A stretch of DNA of 64,000 nt from Acholeplasmataceae bacterium (GTDB lineage Bacteria > Bacillota_I > Bacilli_A > Acholeplasmatales > Acholeplasmataceae), in the NCBI GenBank assembly GCA_963675245.1, contig OY775910.1:384001-448000 (forward strand), in the 5' to 3' direction. Below, one piece after another: positions 41,893 through 52,239 of this stretch. A model generated the notes under the pieces. That model was not told the origin of the DNA. It saw nothing but the letters and a program-made list of their open reading frames with translations, and did not search any database. The number at the start of each line of letters is the position of its first letter. Position 1 is the first letter of the stretch. The position numbers and the translations under genes were made by a program.

Positions 41893-42953
41893 GCTTCTTC
41901 ACCTGCAAGTTGACGCTTTTGAAATTCATTTAATAGTGGTTCTAAAATTAAATCAAGTCGACCATCAATAATCGCGTCTAAACGTTGTAATGTTAAACCG
42001 ATACGATGATCAGTGACGCGGTTTTGTGGGTAGTTATAGGTTCTAATCTTTTCAGAACGATCGCCACGTCCAACTAAAGAACGTCGTTCTGCGCCTTCTT
42101 TAGCAAGTTTTTCTTGCTCAATCATATCGTAAATTCTAGTTACTAATAAACGATATGCTTTATCTTTATTTTCGTGTTGTGATTTACCTTCTTGACACGC
42201 CACGGCGATACCTGTTGGTATATGCGTTAAGCGAACAGCTGATTTAGTTGTATTGACGGATTGTCCGCCAGGTCCACTTGAATTAAACGTATCAAAACGA
42301 ATATCATTCCAACTAATATTTAATTCAACGTCTTCTGCTTCAGGCATCACTAAGACCGTTGCGGTTGACGTGTGAATGCGTCCTTGTGATTCAGTTTGTG
42401 GCACGCGTTGTACGCGGTGCACACCTGATTCATATTTCAAGAATGAATAAACAAGTTTGCCGCTCATCATGAATTCAATGGATGTAAAGCCGCCCATCGC
42501 ACCTTCCATAGCATTTAATATTTCAATCTTCCAACCTTGTGTTTCAGCATAACGAGAATACATTCTAAATAAGTCTCCTGCGAAGATATTCCCCTCGTCG
42601 CCACCAGCGGCACCTTTGATTTCAACAATAACGTTTTTATCATCGTTAGGATCTTTTGGTAGTAATAATATTTTTAATTCTTCAATGGTTTTCTCTAAAA
42701 AATCCTCGAGCTTACTAATCTCCGATTCTGCCATCGTAACCATGTCTTCATCGTTCTCCAATTCGAGCATTTCTTTAAGGTCTATAAGTTCTGCTTTTTT
42801 TTCTTTATAAAGCCGATAAACCTCTACTGTTTTAGCCATGCCAGCAGACTCTTTTAAGAGTTCTGTCATCTCTTTAACTTCAAGCTTTCCAGTCATGAGT
42901 TTATCTTGCATTTCTTGGTATGTTTTTTCTATGAGATTTAATCTATCAAACAT
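41889..42953 (-). CDS. prfA: Peptide chain release factor 1
   Basis: ESGVHRVQRVPQTE (PxT), GPGGQSVN, IRTYNYPQNRVTDHR. Confidence 0.98.
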   Translation of the reverse strand: MFDRLNLIEKTYQEMQDKLMTGKLEVKEMTELLKESAGMAKTVEVYRLYKEKKAELIDLKEMLELENDEDMVTMAESEISKLEDFLEKTIEELKILLLPKDPNDDKNVIVEIKGAAGGDEGNIFAGDLFRMYSRYAETQGWKIEILNAMEGAMGGFTSIEFMMSGKLVYSFLKYESGVHRVQRVPQTESQGRIHTSTATVLVMPEAEDVELNISWNDIRFDTFNSSGPGGQSVNTTKSAVRLTHIPTGIAVACQEGKSQHENKDKAYRLLVTRIYDMIEQEKLAKEGAERRSLVGRGDRSEKIRTYNYPQNRVTDHRIGLTLQRLDAIIDGRLDLILEPLLNEFQKRQLAGEEA

Positions 42954-43010
42954 TTTATATCACCCGATTTATCTTAACATAATTCTAACATATTTGCACC
43001 TATATGAGCG

Positions 43011-43050
43011 TAAGTGTTATAATTAAGGGGCTTAAGTGTTATAATTAAGG
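43011..43050 (+). promoter_or_regulatory. Tandem 18-bp direct repeat, each copy holding an extended -10, upstream of dps
   Basis: TAAGTGTTATAATTAAGG at 43011-43028 and 43033-43050. Confidence 0.75.
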
Positions 43051-43074
43051 TAGATTTAAAGGAGGAATTAAATT

Positions 43075-43509
43075 ATGGAAAAATTAGTTAAAGGTTTAAA
43101 CAAGCAAGTCGCTAATCTTAGCGTATTCTTCACAAAATTACATCACTATCATTGGTATGTAGAAGGTCCAGCTTTCTTTACATTCCATGCAAAATTAGAA
43201 GAATTATATGACGCAACAAATGAATTATATGATGCATTAGCAGAACGTGTCTTGCAAATTGGTGGTAACCCAGTTTCAAACTTGAAACAATACCTAGAAT
43301 TATCAGTCATTGAAGAAGCTTCTGGTAGAGAAGATGCAATTACAATGATGAAACATGTCTTAGAAGATTATAAGATCTTGAAAGATGAATTCTATGCAAC
43401 ATTGAAAGTCGCACAAGATGCAGGTGATGAAGTCACTGCAGATATGTTGATCGGTTCATTAGCAGATTTCGAAAAGAACATCTGGATGTTAGGCGCATTA
43501 GTTAAATAA
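43075..43509 (+). CDS. dps: Dps ferritin-like protein
   Basis: KLHHYHWYVEG..FFTFHAKLEELY, DALAERVLQIGG, EKNIWML. Confidence 0.95.
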   Translation: MEKLVKGLNKQVANLSVFFTKLHHYHWYVEGPAFFTFHAKLEELYDATNELYDALAERVLQIGGNPVSNLKQYLELSVIEEASGREDAITMMKHVLEDYKILKDEFYATLKVAQDAGDEVTADMLIGSLADFEKNIWMLGALVK

Positions 43510-43525
43510 AATAGATTTTAAAAAG

Positions 43526-43557
43526 AAAAGCTAAATACAACATCGTATTTAGCTTTT
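43526..43557. terminator. Bidirectional terminator
   Basis: AAAAGCTAAATAC-AACATC-GTATTTAGCTTTT. Confidence 0.85.
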
Positions 43558-43565
43558 TTGTTTGC

Positions 43566-44633
43566 TTAACTTATAAAAGTATCAATGACCACCGCTTCAT
43601 ACTCTGGAAAATAACTATTGTTTGATACCTGACGCATATAGACATAATAATAGTTAAAATCATCATAGTTCACAACAATCTTATTTAAATAAATGTCATC
43701 ATCTGTGTTGATATATGTTTCTGTGATGACGACGTATAATGTATCTTCATCTAAACTCATCGGATCGTTGTTTGTGATTGTATCTGTTTGGATTAATTGA
43801 TATGTTTCATCATATTGACTGATTGTCACAGACGATAATTCATCAACAAACTTATATGTGATATTAAATTCGACCGGTCCGACAAGATCGTTATTTTCAC
43901 CTTCAAAATGTCTTGTAATGGTGGTGGCTATATTTTGTTTATAGAACCCTGAACCAGAACCTAAATACATTTCTTCCTTTTCTTGATCATATAAAATCAT
44001 CATTAAATAATAAACAATTGGTATATCTTGTGTTAAAAAATATATAGTCCCATCAATGGTTGTTTCAGTGGTTGAAATCGTTGTTGTGGCATGATAGAGC
44101 TTATTATCCTCCCAAAATGGGATTTGTTCACGGATATTATAATACGCATATGGATAATCATTCGAATCCAATAGCGTATATAACGATTGAACGTTTGTAT
44201 CATCATATAAATCAAGTGCATTGCTATCTAATAATATATATCCTAATAAAGGATCAGGAATGATGTTATCATCAAACGCTGTTAATTCAATTTGATTAAT
44301 TCTACCATTAAGTAACACAATCCCAATAATAGAACCAACTAAAACAATCAATATGGCAGATAAAATGAACATGGTTCTTCTTTTCACATGATTAATCTTA
44401 GTGTTATTATCAATTGATATAAGTGCCAATTCATCAGGATCTAATAAATCCTTGAACGTCACATGAAAGACTTCTATTAACTGATGAATCATGTGATTGG
44501 TTGGATATGACAATCCATTTTCCCATTTGGAAATAGATTGCCTTGTTATATTTAGTTTTGTCGCGAGATCTTCTTGTGTAAAATCATTTTCTAATCTGAG
44601 TTTTTTGATCTGATCTTTGAACATGGCCCTCAC
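43566..44633 (-). CDS. Membrane-anchored XRE regulator (HTH + TM + extracytoplasmic domain)
   Basis: LRLENDFTQEDLATKLNITRQSISKWENGLSYP; one TM near aa 88-110; long C-terminal domain. Confidence 0.85.
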   Translation of the reverse strand: MRAMFKDQIKKLRLENDFTQEDLATKLNITRQSISKWENGLSYPTNHMIHQLIEVFHVTFKDLLDPDELALISIDNNTKINHVKRRTMFILSAILIVLVGSIIGIVLLNGRINQIELTAFDDNIIPDPLLGYILLDSNALDLYDDTNVQSLYTLLDSNDYPYAYYNIREQIPFWEDNKLYHATTTISTTETTIDGTIYFLTQDIPIVYYLMMILYDQEKEEMYLGSGSGFYKQNIATTITRHFEGENNDLVGPVEFNITYKFVDELSSVTISQYDETYQLIQTDTITNNDPMSLDEDTLYVVITETYINTDDDIYLNKIVVNYDDFNYYYVYMRQVSNNSYFPEYEAVVIDTFIS

Positions 44634-44778
44634 CTCACATATAGTCTACAATAAATATACGCATATGTCATGTGCTGTTTCGCACTTTGTGGTTGCGTTC
44701 GTTGTAGCAAAACCATATATTCATTTTTTGCCTTTGTTATGCTATAATATATACAAATACAAATCGAGGGAACTTCAT

Positions 44779-45111
44779 ATGAAATTAACGGTTAAGCGTC
44801 TTCATGAATCGGTGGGAATTTTCACGAAATTTGATGTTTATGCAGATGACAAAAAATTAGGGACATTGAAACCAAACGCGAGTTTTACTCTGGATATCGA
44901 GAGGCCATACAAGATTACGTTCAAAAGAAACGCGACCATTATTTATTATCTTGAGAGCAGTGAAATACCGGTTTATCAAGATTATAATGAATTAACCATC
45001 ATACCAATGATGATTACCGGCAAAGTTGTATTTCATTATGTAATCAGATCAATAGTGATGTCGGAAGATAAACTCATTGGCATTTACAACGACAAAGAAA
45101 AAATTTATTAA
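44779..45111 (+). CDS. Hypothetical protein
   Basis: GAGGG SD, ATG 44779 (MKLTVKRL...), followed by a terminator at 45120-45140. Confidence 0.65.
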   Translation: MKLTVKRLHESVGIFTKFDVYADDKKLGTLKPNASFTLDIERPYKITFKRNATIIYYLESSEIPVYQDYNELTIIPMMITGKVVFHYVIRSIVMSEDKLIGIYNDKEKIY

Positions 45112-45144
45112 ACCAAAAGAAAAGGACAACTTGTCCTTTTCATT

Positions 45145-46635
45145 TTAGAGATTAAATAATTTTTGATTCAATGTCTCAAAATCAGACTTTTCAAAATACT
45201 GTAAGATACGATTTCTCGCTAATCCTTTAAAGACAATATGAATGTTGCCTGTGCGTTCTAATAATAAGATGGGTCCTTGTACATATTTAGTTGATTGAAT
45301 GCGTGTATTTTTGACAAGTGTCTTCTTCAATGTGAACATACCTTGCTGAATGAGCAATTTATCATCATATAATTGATAACCATGTTGTCTATAATAAAGC
45401 ATGAAAGATATCATTAATAGTGAGACAGGTAATATGATAAATAAACTATAATAGATTGAAGATCCTTGTTCATCAAATATCGTCGCCGCAAACAAACCTA
45501 AAAAAATCACAATAAAACTCATAGGAAACACGATGAAATTGAATTTTCTTAACCGTTGGGGATGTTTTATATCCTGATCGATTAATTGTTTATAGTCTAA
45601 TAATGCGAGCAATTCATTTAATTTATCCAATTTAACGATTGGCATAAAGTATTGACTTTCTGATTGGTTGTTGTTATTACCTGAGGTTGCATGAATGCCA
45701 ATCACTGAAGCTTCAAGTGCATAATAATTAAATAGTCTAAATCCCAAAGCTTGTTTTAACGTTAACGCGTTAATTCTTTTTTTATGTAGTTTAAACGATA
45801 CTTTGTTAATTAAACCATATTGATACTCAATATAATCGCCATCGATGTTTAGCTCATATCCAAAATAAACAATGACATAAACTAGCGTTGTCACAATCAC
45901 TGCAGCAATGAAAACACTACATACACCAATGACTGCACCGAGAACACTAAATGCTTCATCCATCACCGTATATGAATCCAAATAAGCTAAAAACATCGTA
46001 ATCGATATCCCTGTAACAAATAATACGGGTACCCAAGATTGTAATAAACCAATAAGTCCTAGTTGATACCATTTAGCCTTGTAAAATACTTGTTCATCCT
46101 TTTTGATCACTTGATCCTTATTAGGTGCTGGCATCACTAATGTTGCGTCATCTTTTTTTTCTTCAAGGTACGCTTTTAATTGGATGGCATAGGATTTATT
46201 TAGTAATAAATCTGCTTCAGAAACAACACCCATAATCGCACCAGTATCTACTTGAAGTTTGGTTACACCTAGAATCATGTGGATAATATTTCTTTTTAAA
46301 CTAATGGTATGAATATGTTCATAAGGAATTTCTACTTTTCTTTTAATAAATAATCCCTTTTCAACAACGAACTGTTTATTCTGATTATAAAAGACATGCC
46401 GTCTCATGATCATCCACAATAGGACTAATAACACCACAAGACAAACAACGCCAATGATAATGGCGATCATAGCTTCTTGATCAGTCATGATGATATTTTC
46501 TTCATCATCACTAAAAAACATCTCCAAAACAAATATCCATATGAAGAATGTTGAGAATATCGCAGATAATATATCCGTGATATATCTTCTTTTTGAAATA
46601 TGATATTTATTTATCTTCATCTTCAAATCCTTCAC
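45145..46635 (-). CDS. YdbT-like membrane protein with bPH_2 domains
   Basis: Three TM+PH units: EKGLFIKRKVEIPYEHIHTI, YGLINKVSFKLHKKRINAL, QGMFTLKKTLVKNTRIQS. Confidence 0.85.
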   Translation of the reverse strand: MKDLKMKINKYHISKRRYITDILSAIFSTFFIWIFVLEMFFSDDEENIIMTDQEAMIAIIIGVVCLVVLLVLLWMIMRRHVFYNQNKQFVVEKGLFIKRKVEIPYEHIHTISLKRNIIHMILGVTKLQVDTGAIMGVVSEADLLLNKSYAIQLKAYLEEKKDDATLVMPAPNKDQVIKKDEQVFYKAKWYQLGLIGLLQSWVPVLFVTGISITMFLAYLDSYTVMDEAFSVLGAVIGVCSVFIAAVIVTTLVYVIVYFGYELNIDGDYIEYQYGLINKVSFKLHKKRINALTLKQALGFRLFNYYALEASVIGIHATSGNNNNQSESQYFMPIVKLDKLNELLALLDYKQLIDQDIKHPQRLRKFNFIVFPMSFIVIFLGLFAATIFDEQGSSIYYSLFIILPVSLLMISFMLYYRQHGYQLYDDKLLIQQGMFTLKKTLVKNTRIQSTKYVQGPILLLERTGNIHIVFKGLARNRILQYFEKSDFETLNQKLFNL

Positions 46636-47104
46636 CAGACGCTAAAAATGGGTCGACTTTCTTTTTAATGTCCATTAGTAAATCTTCACATACGTCTTCT
46701 GGTAAACCAATAATCATATCTGCGGATCCTGCAGTAAATATTCTCAGTGTCGCGATTTTAAAGACCATTTGAAGTGGTCCTTGTATCTTTTCAATATGTT
46801 GAATGCGTTTGATTGGTATTAAGTCGGTTCTTTGAAATAATACACCTTTCACATTCAATAAATGATCATCATTGACTTGATAACCATTAATCTTATAGAT
46901 GAATAAAGGTAAAACGAAATTCCATATCGCGAAGAAAAAGATAATGACACCAGCTACGATTTTTGCAACCAGCAACAACACTTCAGTTTCGGCATCATCT
47001 CCTTGAAGCGTTAATAAAACAATAAATCCGCCATAAAAAATGAACGAAATAAGCGTTCTTAAAACCAGTTGATACACGTTTATTTTACTGTCTAGTTTTT
47101 GCAT
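46607..47104 (-). CDS. YdbS-like bPH_2 membrane protein
   Basis: 2 TM then KGVLFQRTDLIPIKRIQHI...QGPLQ...IFTAGS...IIGL. Confidence 0.87.
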   Translation of the reverse strand: MQKLDSKINVYQLVLRTLISFIFYGGFIVLLTLQGDDAETEVLLLVAKIVAGVIIFFFAIWNFVLPLFIYKINGYQVNDDHLLNVKGVLFQRTDLIPIKRIQHIEKIQGPLQMVFKIATLRIFTAGSADMIIGLPEDVCEDLLMDIKKKVDPFLASGEGFEDEDK

Positions 47105-47215
47105 ATTAAGTTACCCCACATTATGTATTTTACAAATATTATACATTAAAAAACACACAAACTAAACACTAAATTTAGATGTGTGCTTTTTTTAATGTTA
47201 AAAATCATTATATCT

Positions 47216-48196
47216 TTAATTAAGAGTCTGTTTCTTATTTAATCGTTTATTGATGATTCGCTCGCGTTCTATTTCTCGTTGCTTATTAAACTTATTAAGA
47301 CGCATCGCTTTTTGATATTGATGCCATCTATCTTCTGTGAGCTCGCCTGTATCAAGTGCCTGCCTTATCATACATCCTGGTTCAGAGTCATGTGTACAAT
47401 CATTATATTTACATCCTTCACTTAAACTCATAATATCTTCAAATTCGTTTTCGGAAACGACATAAGATGACACGATTCGAATACCAGGTGTATCGATTAA
47501 CTTCGCACCATTATCTAATTCAATGAGTTCTCTGTTTACTGTCGTGTGTCTACCTTGTGCATCAGAGATGCGAATATCATTTGTTTTAAAGTGCTCATGA
47601 CCAATAACCCTGTTAATAAGCGTTGATTTTCCCACACCACTACTACCAATGAATACAGCGGTTTGACCTTTTAAATCGTCTTTTAAAGCCTTTATATCAT
47701 CTTCATCAAATGCAGATATGATTTTAATATCATTATCTGTAATACGTTTTACTTGATTGACATAGCTTTTATTATCATCACACAAATCTTTCTTTGTTAA
47801 AAGAATGATTGTTTTAAATGCTTGATCATAAGTGAGACTTAAGAAATTTCTTAATTTTGTGATGTTAAAATCTTCATTTAACGACATACAAATAAACGTT
47901 AGATCAATATTAGCAGCTAAAATATGTCGTTCCATAATCGTACCAACACCTTGACGTTCTAAAACACTTTTTCTTATCTCTATACGTTCAATAATGGCTA
48001 AATCGTCATCTGCTTTTCTAAACTGAACCATATCTCCTATTTGCGGGTAATCACTTTTTAAATAATGCATGTATTGAAACCTTCCACTCACTTCTGCCAT
48101 GATTTTTAATGCATCACATGAAATGAGATATCGATCTTTATAAACAGCGATCACTTGTCCTGTCATTAACTGTTTATCTTTTTGAATGCTTTCCAA
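47216..48196 (-). CDS. rsgA: Ribosome small subunit-dependent GTPase A (RsgA family)
   Basis: AANID, TKKDL, GSSGVGKSTL, GRHTT, DTPG, CKYNDCTHDSEPGC; TTG start 48196 after AAAGGAG. Confidence 0.92.
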   Translation of the reverse strand: MESIQKDKQLMTGQVIAVYKDRYLISCDALKIMAEVSGRFQYMHYLKSDYPQIGDMVQFRKADDDLAIIERIEIRKSVLERQGVGTIMERHILAANIDLTFICMSLNEDFNITKLRNFLSLTYDQAFKTIILLTKKDLCDDNKSYVNQVKRITDNDIKIISAFDEDDIKALKDDLKGQTAVFIGSSGVGKSTLINRVIGHEHFKTNDIRISDAQGRHTTVNRELIELDNGAKLIDTPGIRIVSSYVVSENEFEDIMSLSEGCKYNDCTHDSEPGCMIRQALDTGELTEDRWHQYQKAMRLNKFNKQREIERERIINKRLNKKQTLN

Positions 48197-48235
48197 TGTT
48201 CTCTCTCCTTTCTTAAAAGATAGATACATCTAAAG

Positions 48236-48264
48236 CAAACAAAAAGGATCCAAAATAGATCCTT
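48236..48264 (-). terminator. Intrinsic terminator in the rsgA leader
   Basis: AAGGAUCUA-UUU-UGGAUCCUU then UUUGUUU, ~40 nt upstream of the rsgA start. Confidence 0.7.
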
Positions 48265-48311
48265 AAAAAAAATCAAATATAAGGTTTATTTGTGGCGTTA
48301 GATGTATCTGA

Positions 48312-48347
48312 TTAAGTTGTCATTACACTTTCTCTATATGCTTTCAT
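48312..48347 (-). CDS. Putative leader peptide MKAYRESVMTT
   Basis: GGAG-containing SD region, ATG 48347, TAA 48314-48312, immediately followed by one arm of a 12-bp inverted repeat. Confidence 0.5.
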   Translation of the reverse strand: MKAYRESVMTT

Positions 48348-48405
48348 ATACACCAACTCCAATCTTTTTATTACACACATATCATAATTGATATGGTTTA
48401 AATTG

Positions 48406-49662
48406 TCAATCTTTTATGGCATTAAAGACCTCTAAGTAGTCATTTGCCATCTTTTTTTGATCAGCTAAGCTCATTTGAAACGTTGCACGGTATAAATCCC
48501 AAGGATCAGTATTGTATGGACTTTCAGGATCTTTCATCATGTGCAATGCTGCTATCAGCATTCGTTCTTTACCATCTTTTTTATAGATGTGATGTAATAC
48601 CGTCATCCATGAAGGTTTGGCTGTGATAATCGTTTCATCAAAAAAGTAGGATGATATGAGATCTGTGATAACATCTCTCGCATCAGATTCTTCGTTGCTC
48701 ATGATGATGACACCTAACTTATCCTCAGGATAAATCATTAAAAAATCAGACCACCCAAATCCCATACCACCATGAGATAGCACGTTATGTCCATGATACT
48801 CACCAACATTAAAACCAAGTCCACAAGACGCATAATAAGGTGGATAACCTCTATTCATGTGTGGTGTAACCATTACATCTAGTGTTTCAGAAAGACATAG
48901 CTTAGCTGGTTCATTCAACAATGTTTTGATGAATGATAACATATCAGGCAATGTCGCATGCAAATTGCCTGATGGGCCTTCCGAGCGGTTATAAGGATAA
49001 AATGCTAATGGTAGCGGTAGCGGTATTCTCACGTGTGGCCATACGATATCTAGTGGTTCAATGTCTTGTAATAAGTAACTACTGGAATGCATGCCTGCTT
49101 TTACTAACACTTCTTCTTTCATAAATGCTTCAAAAGATTCATTTGAAAGCTTTTGAAGCATATAACCTAAGAGGTTATACCCAATATTTGAATAAATGAA
49201 TGTTTCTCCCGGTTCAGCTTCTAAGGACATATCTTTTAAGCTTAAAATAGCATCTTCTAACGCGTGACTGGTGGTATCTTGTGCTTTAACGATATCGTTA
49301 TACGCTTCTTCAGATATATCACCTAACCCAGAGGTATGTGATAGTAACATCCTAATCGTGATTTTTCTATATCTGTCATCTGCCATTTTTAAATCAGGTA
49401 AATGTTTTATTAAATAATCATCTAACCCTATTAACCCATTTTCCACCAAACGCATGACACCAAATGCCGTAAATGTTTTACTCACTGATGTCACACAAAA
49501 AATAGATTGATTAGCAATAGGTTTATGATGATCAAGCCGTGCTATACCATGGTAATCCTCATATAAGACCTCATCATCTTTGATGATACCTATCGCCATA
49601 CCAGGAATATCATATTGTTTAATGATTGTTTGAATCGCTTTTTTGAGTTTATGAAGACTCAT
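48406..49662 (-). CDS. Serine hydrolase, beta-lactamase class C-like family
   Basis: SVSK (SxxK), LLSHTSG, YSN, HGG. Confidence 0.9.
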   Translation of the reverse strand: MSLHKLKKAIQTIIKQYDIPGMAIGIIKDDEVLYEDYHGIARLDHHKPIANQSIFCVTSVSKTFTAFGVMRLVENGLIGLDDYLIKHLPDLKMADDRYRKITIRMLLSHTSGLGDISEEAYNDIVKAQDTTSHALEDAILSLKDMSLEAEPGETFIYSNIGYNLLGYMLQKLSNESFEAFMKEEVLVKAGMHSSSYLLQDIEPLDIVWPHVRIPLPLPLAFYPYNRSEGPSGNLHATLPDMLSFIKTLLNEPAKLCLSETLDVMVTPHMNRGYPPYYASCGLGFNVGEYHGHNVLSHGGMGFGWSDFLMIYPEDKLGVIIMSNEESDARDVITDLISSYFFDETIITAKPSWMTVLHHIYKKDGKERMLIAALHMMKDPESPYNTDPWDLYRATFQMSLADQKKMANDYLEVFNAIKD

Positions 49663-49696
49663 GTCATCACCTCTTATCGTTATGATCTAAGATGAC

Positions 49697-50377
49697 TTAA
49701 TTTCTTTGTAGTAAGATAACGCGATCTTCAGGTCCGTTTTGGACTCTTTGAAATTCGGTTTGTTCAATCACTTTAAACCCATCAAATTTAGATAGCCATT
49801 CTTCCGTGGTGTGATTAACACCTCTTAGAATACCATTAATGGCGTATGCATCTTGATCGATTTCTTTCATACCAATCTTTTCGATAAGTGCTTCATCTAA
49901 ATAGAAATTAAACTTTAATAAAACAAATCCTTGAGGTTTGATTAAACGCTTTATTTCACCAATAATCTCATCACTCGTTTTTTCAGGGACAACATCCAAT
50001 GTATTAGAACATATCATACCATCAAATGATTGATCGTCATATAAAGACAACATGTCATGCGTCCCGACTTTCGGATCAATGCCGTGAATATCAGATAAAT
50101 AGCAGGTTTCTTCCATGACGTTTACGGCATTTTCTGATGGGTCAATCCCTAAGCCATATCTCATCTTATTACCTAACAACTTAGCAACAAACAATCCATA
50201 TCCCCAGCCACAACCAATATCTAAAACATCTATACAATGATCCCCTATATGTTTTAATAAACGATGAAAATCAATAGATGAATCAAAATCATCCGCTTTT
50301 AAAGTCATAGGTTCAACTTTCTCAAACGCACTATTCCAAAAATCAATTAATTTGTTGTTTTCTTCTTTAACATTCAT
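49697..50377 (-). CDS. Class I SAM-dependent methyltransferase
   Basis: VLDIGCGWG, GIDPS, SFDGMIC, RLIKPQG. Confidence 0.88.
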   Translation of the reverse strand: MNVKEENNKLIDFWNSAFEKVEPMTLKADDFDSSIDFHRLLKHIGDHCIDVLDIGCGWGYGLFVAKLLGNKMRYGLGIDPSENAVNVMEETCYLSDIHGIDPKVGTHDMLSLYDDQSFDGMICSNTLDVVPEKTSDEIIGEIKRLIKPQGFVLLKFNFYLDEALIEKIGMKEIDQDAYAINGILRGVNHTTEEWLSKFDGFKVIEQTEFQRVQNGPEDRVILLQRN

Positions 50378-50385
50378 AATATCTC

Positions 50386-50721
50386 CTAATGAACAATCGT
50401 ATCAATGACGTTGTCATCAATCGCACCAATAATCAATTGGTTATGGGTAATCCAAGTCATCCCATCATCCAATAGATCAAGTTCTTCTTGTTCATAATAA
50501 TCTCTAGCTTTCCTAAACGTTGAAAACGCATAAATATAGGCGACAAGTGTTTCCCCGTCATAAACCGAATACACGTTAAAATCACCTTCGACATTTCTTT
50601 CGTTTTCAACCACATCATATCCCGCAACTTCTAATTCATCTGTGACAGTATCAATGATTTTACAACCAAAGAGCGTGATCAATAAAGTGATCATGATGAT
50701 TATCATTCCTTTATATTTCAT
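50386..50721 (-). CDS. Small hypothetical lipoprotein
   Basis: Signal peptide with LFGC lipobox. Confidence 0.65.
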   Translation of the reverse strand: MKYKGMIIIMITLLITLFGCKIIDTVTDELEVAGYDVVENERNVEGDFNVYSVYDGETLVAYIYAFSTFRKARDYYEQEELDLLDDGMTWITHNQLIIGAIDDNVIDTIVH

Positions 50722-51731
50722 CTTAGTACCTCTCTTTTGATCATGTCATGGATAAGATCAAATGTTTGTCTAAACGTTTTACCATCATTAATATTACTTA
50801 ACATAACGAGTTTAAGATGATGGTCATATATCATATTTTGAGCAAACACACCAGGACCATTTCCGGGATGATATATGAGTTGATGTGACATGCCTTCAAC
50901 ATCACTTTTTACAGATATCACACCATACCCATAGCCACCGGTCTCATTAATCTTCGTTTGCACATCAAACATCATATCAACATATGTTTTAGATAGTATC
51001 TTATGATCTAATAATCCGTCATGCCATTTGTTTAAATCTAATGCACATGAATATAGGCCTCCAGCACCACTCGCAATCCGCATGTCAAAAGGTGTCGCTA
51101 GGACAACCTCACCATCTTTCATGTCATATAATGACGTAAATTCTTCTAAATGAACTTCATTAAAATGAAATCCCGTATGGGTCATATGAAGTGGATCTAA
51201 GATATATTTTTTTAAGTATTCATGATACGGCATGTCTGAGATCAATTCAATTAAATAACTCAATATGAAAAACCCACTGGATGAATATTCAAATTTTTCT
51301 CCTGGCTTAAAATTTAAAGGGTTTTTAAATATCTTTTCTTTGATCATGCGTAAGTGAAACTGATCACTTGCTAGTAATGGCTTAAAATCATCGTATATAT
51401 CAAAATTAGGTATCCCTGAACTATTTGATAGTAAATGATGAACCGTTATCTCTTCATCATATGGCACATCTTTAATCAAATCACTTAATGTGTCTGATAG
51501 CTTCAATAACCCTTTTTCAACGAGTTGTAAAACAGCTGCTGCAGTAAACTGCTTGGTAATTGAACCAATCCGAAAAACTGCATCTTTTGGCATCTTTTTT
51601 TTAGATGCGATATCCTTATATCCAAACCCTTGATGAAAAAGCACATCCGCATGATCCGCCACTAAAACAACACCATTAAACTGTTCTTTTTCACATATAT
51701 TTTTTATGCGTTCGGTTATATTCATAAGCAT
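50718..51731 (-). CDS. Serine hydrolase, beta-lactamase class C-like family
   Basis: FRIGSITKQFTA, LLSNSSGI, FEYSS, GAGGLYS. Confidence 0.9.
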   Translation of the reverse strand: MLMNITERIKNICEKEQFNGVVLVADHADVLFHQGFGYKDIASKKKMPKDAVFRIGSITKQFTAAAVLQLVEKGLLKLSDTLSDLIKDVPYDEEITVHHLLSNSSGIPNFDIYDDFKPLLASDQFHLRMIKEKIFKNPLNFKPGEKFEYSSSGFFILSYLIELISDMPYHEYLKKYILDPLHMTHTGFHFNEVHLEEFTSLYDMKDGEVVLATPFDMRIASGAGGLYSCALDLNKWHDGLLDHKILSKTYVDMMFDVQTKINETGGYGYGVISVKSDVEGMSHQLIYHPGNGPGVFAQNMIYDHHLKLVMLSNINDGKTFRQTFDLIHDMIKREVLR

Positions 51732-51815
51732 ATCTCCTTTAAATTTAATATACCATGTTTAGTTATAAGTGTTATAATTTAGTTGAATAATCACATAAGA
51801 AACGAGGTATATATA

Positions 51816-52184
51816 ATGAAAAACAAATGGTTAGGCATGATATATATCATCTTAGGTGTCGGCATCATCGGTTTATGGATCATGCTCATCATGACTGATC
51901 AAGTGACAGAACTTGATACCAATCCAGCTGAGATCACCATACACATGATTGTAGAATCTTTAATGGGTGTCTTCTCAATTACCACCGGTATATTACTGAT
52001 CAAACGTGTCTGGGTAAGTGACTATGCCTTACTATTCACAAATGGCGTCTTAGCCTATTCAGTCATCAACTCTTCAGGGTATTATGTTGATCTTAGAAAC
52101 TATACGATGGTGGTCTTCTTCGGTATCATATTAATATTTGTCATTTTAACGTCACTTTTCACACTCAAAAAATTAAACACATAA
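51816..52184 (+). CDS. 4-TM hypothetical membrane protein
   Basis: GAGG SD, ATG 51816; four hydrophobic segments; terminator at 52202-52230. Confidence 0.7.
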   Translation: MKNKWLGMIYIILGVGIIGLWIMLIMTDQVTELDTNPAEITIHMIVESLMGVFSITTGILLIKRVWVSDYALLFTNGVLAYSVINSSGYYVDLRNYTMVVFFGIILIFVILTSLFTLKKLNT

Positions 52185-52239
52185 GGATTGGTAACCATAA
52201 GAAAAAGACACATTAAAAAATGTGTCTTTTCTTTATCAA

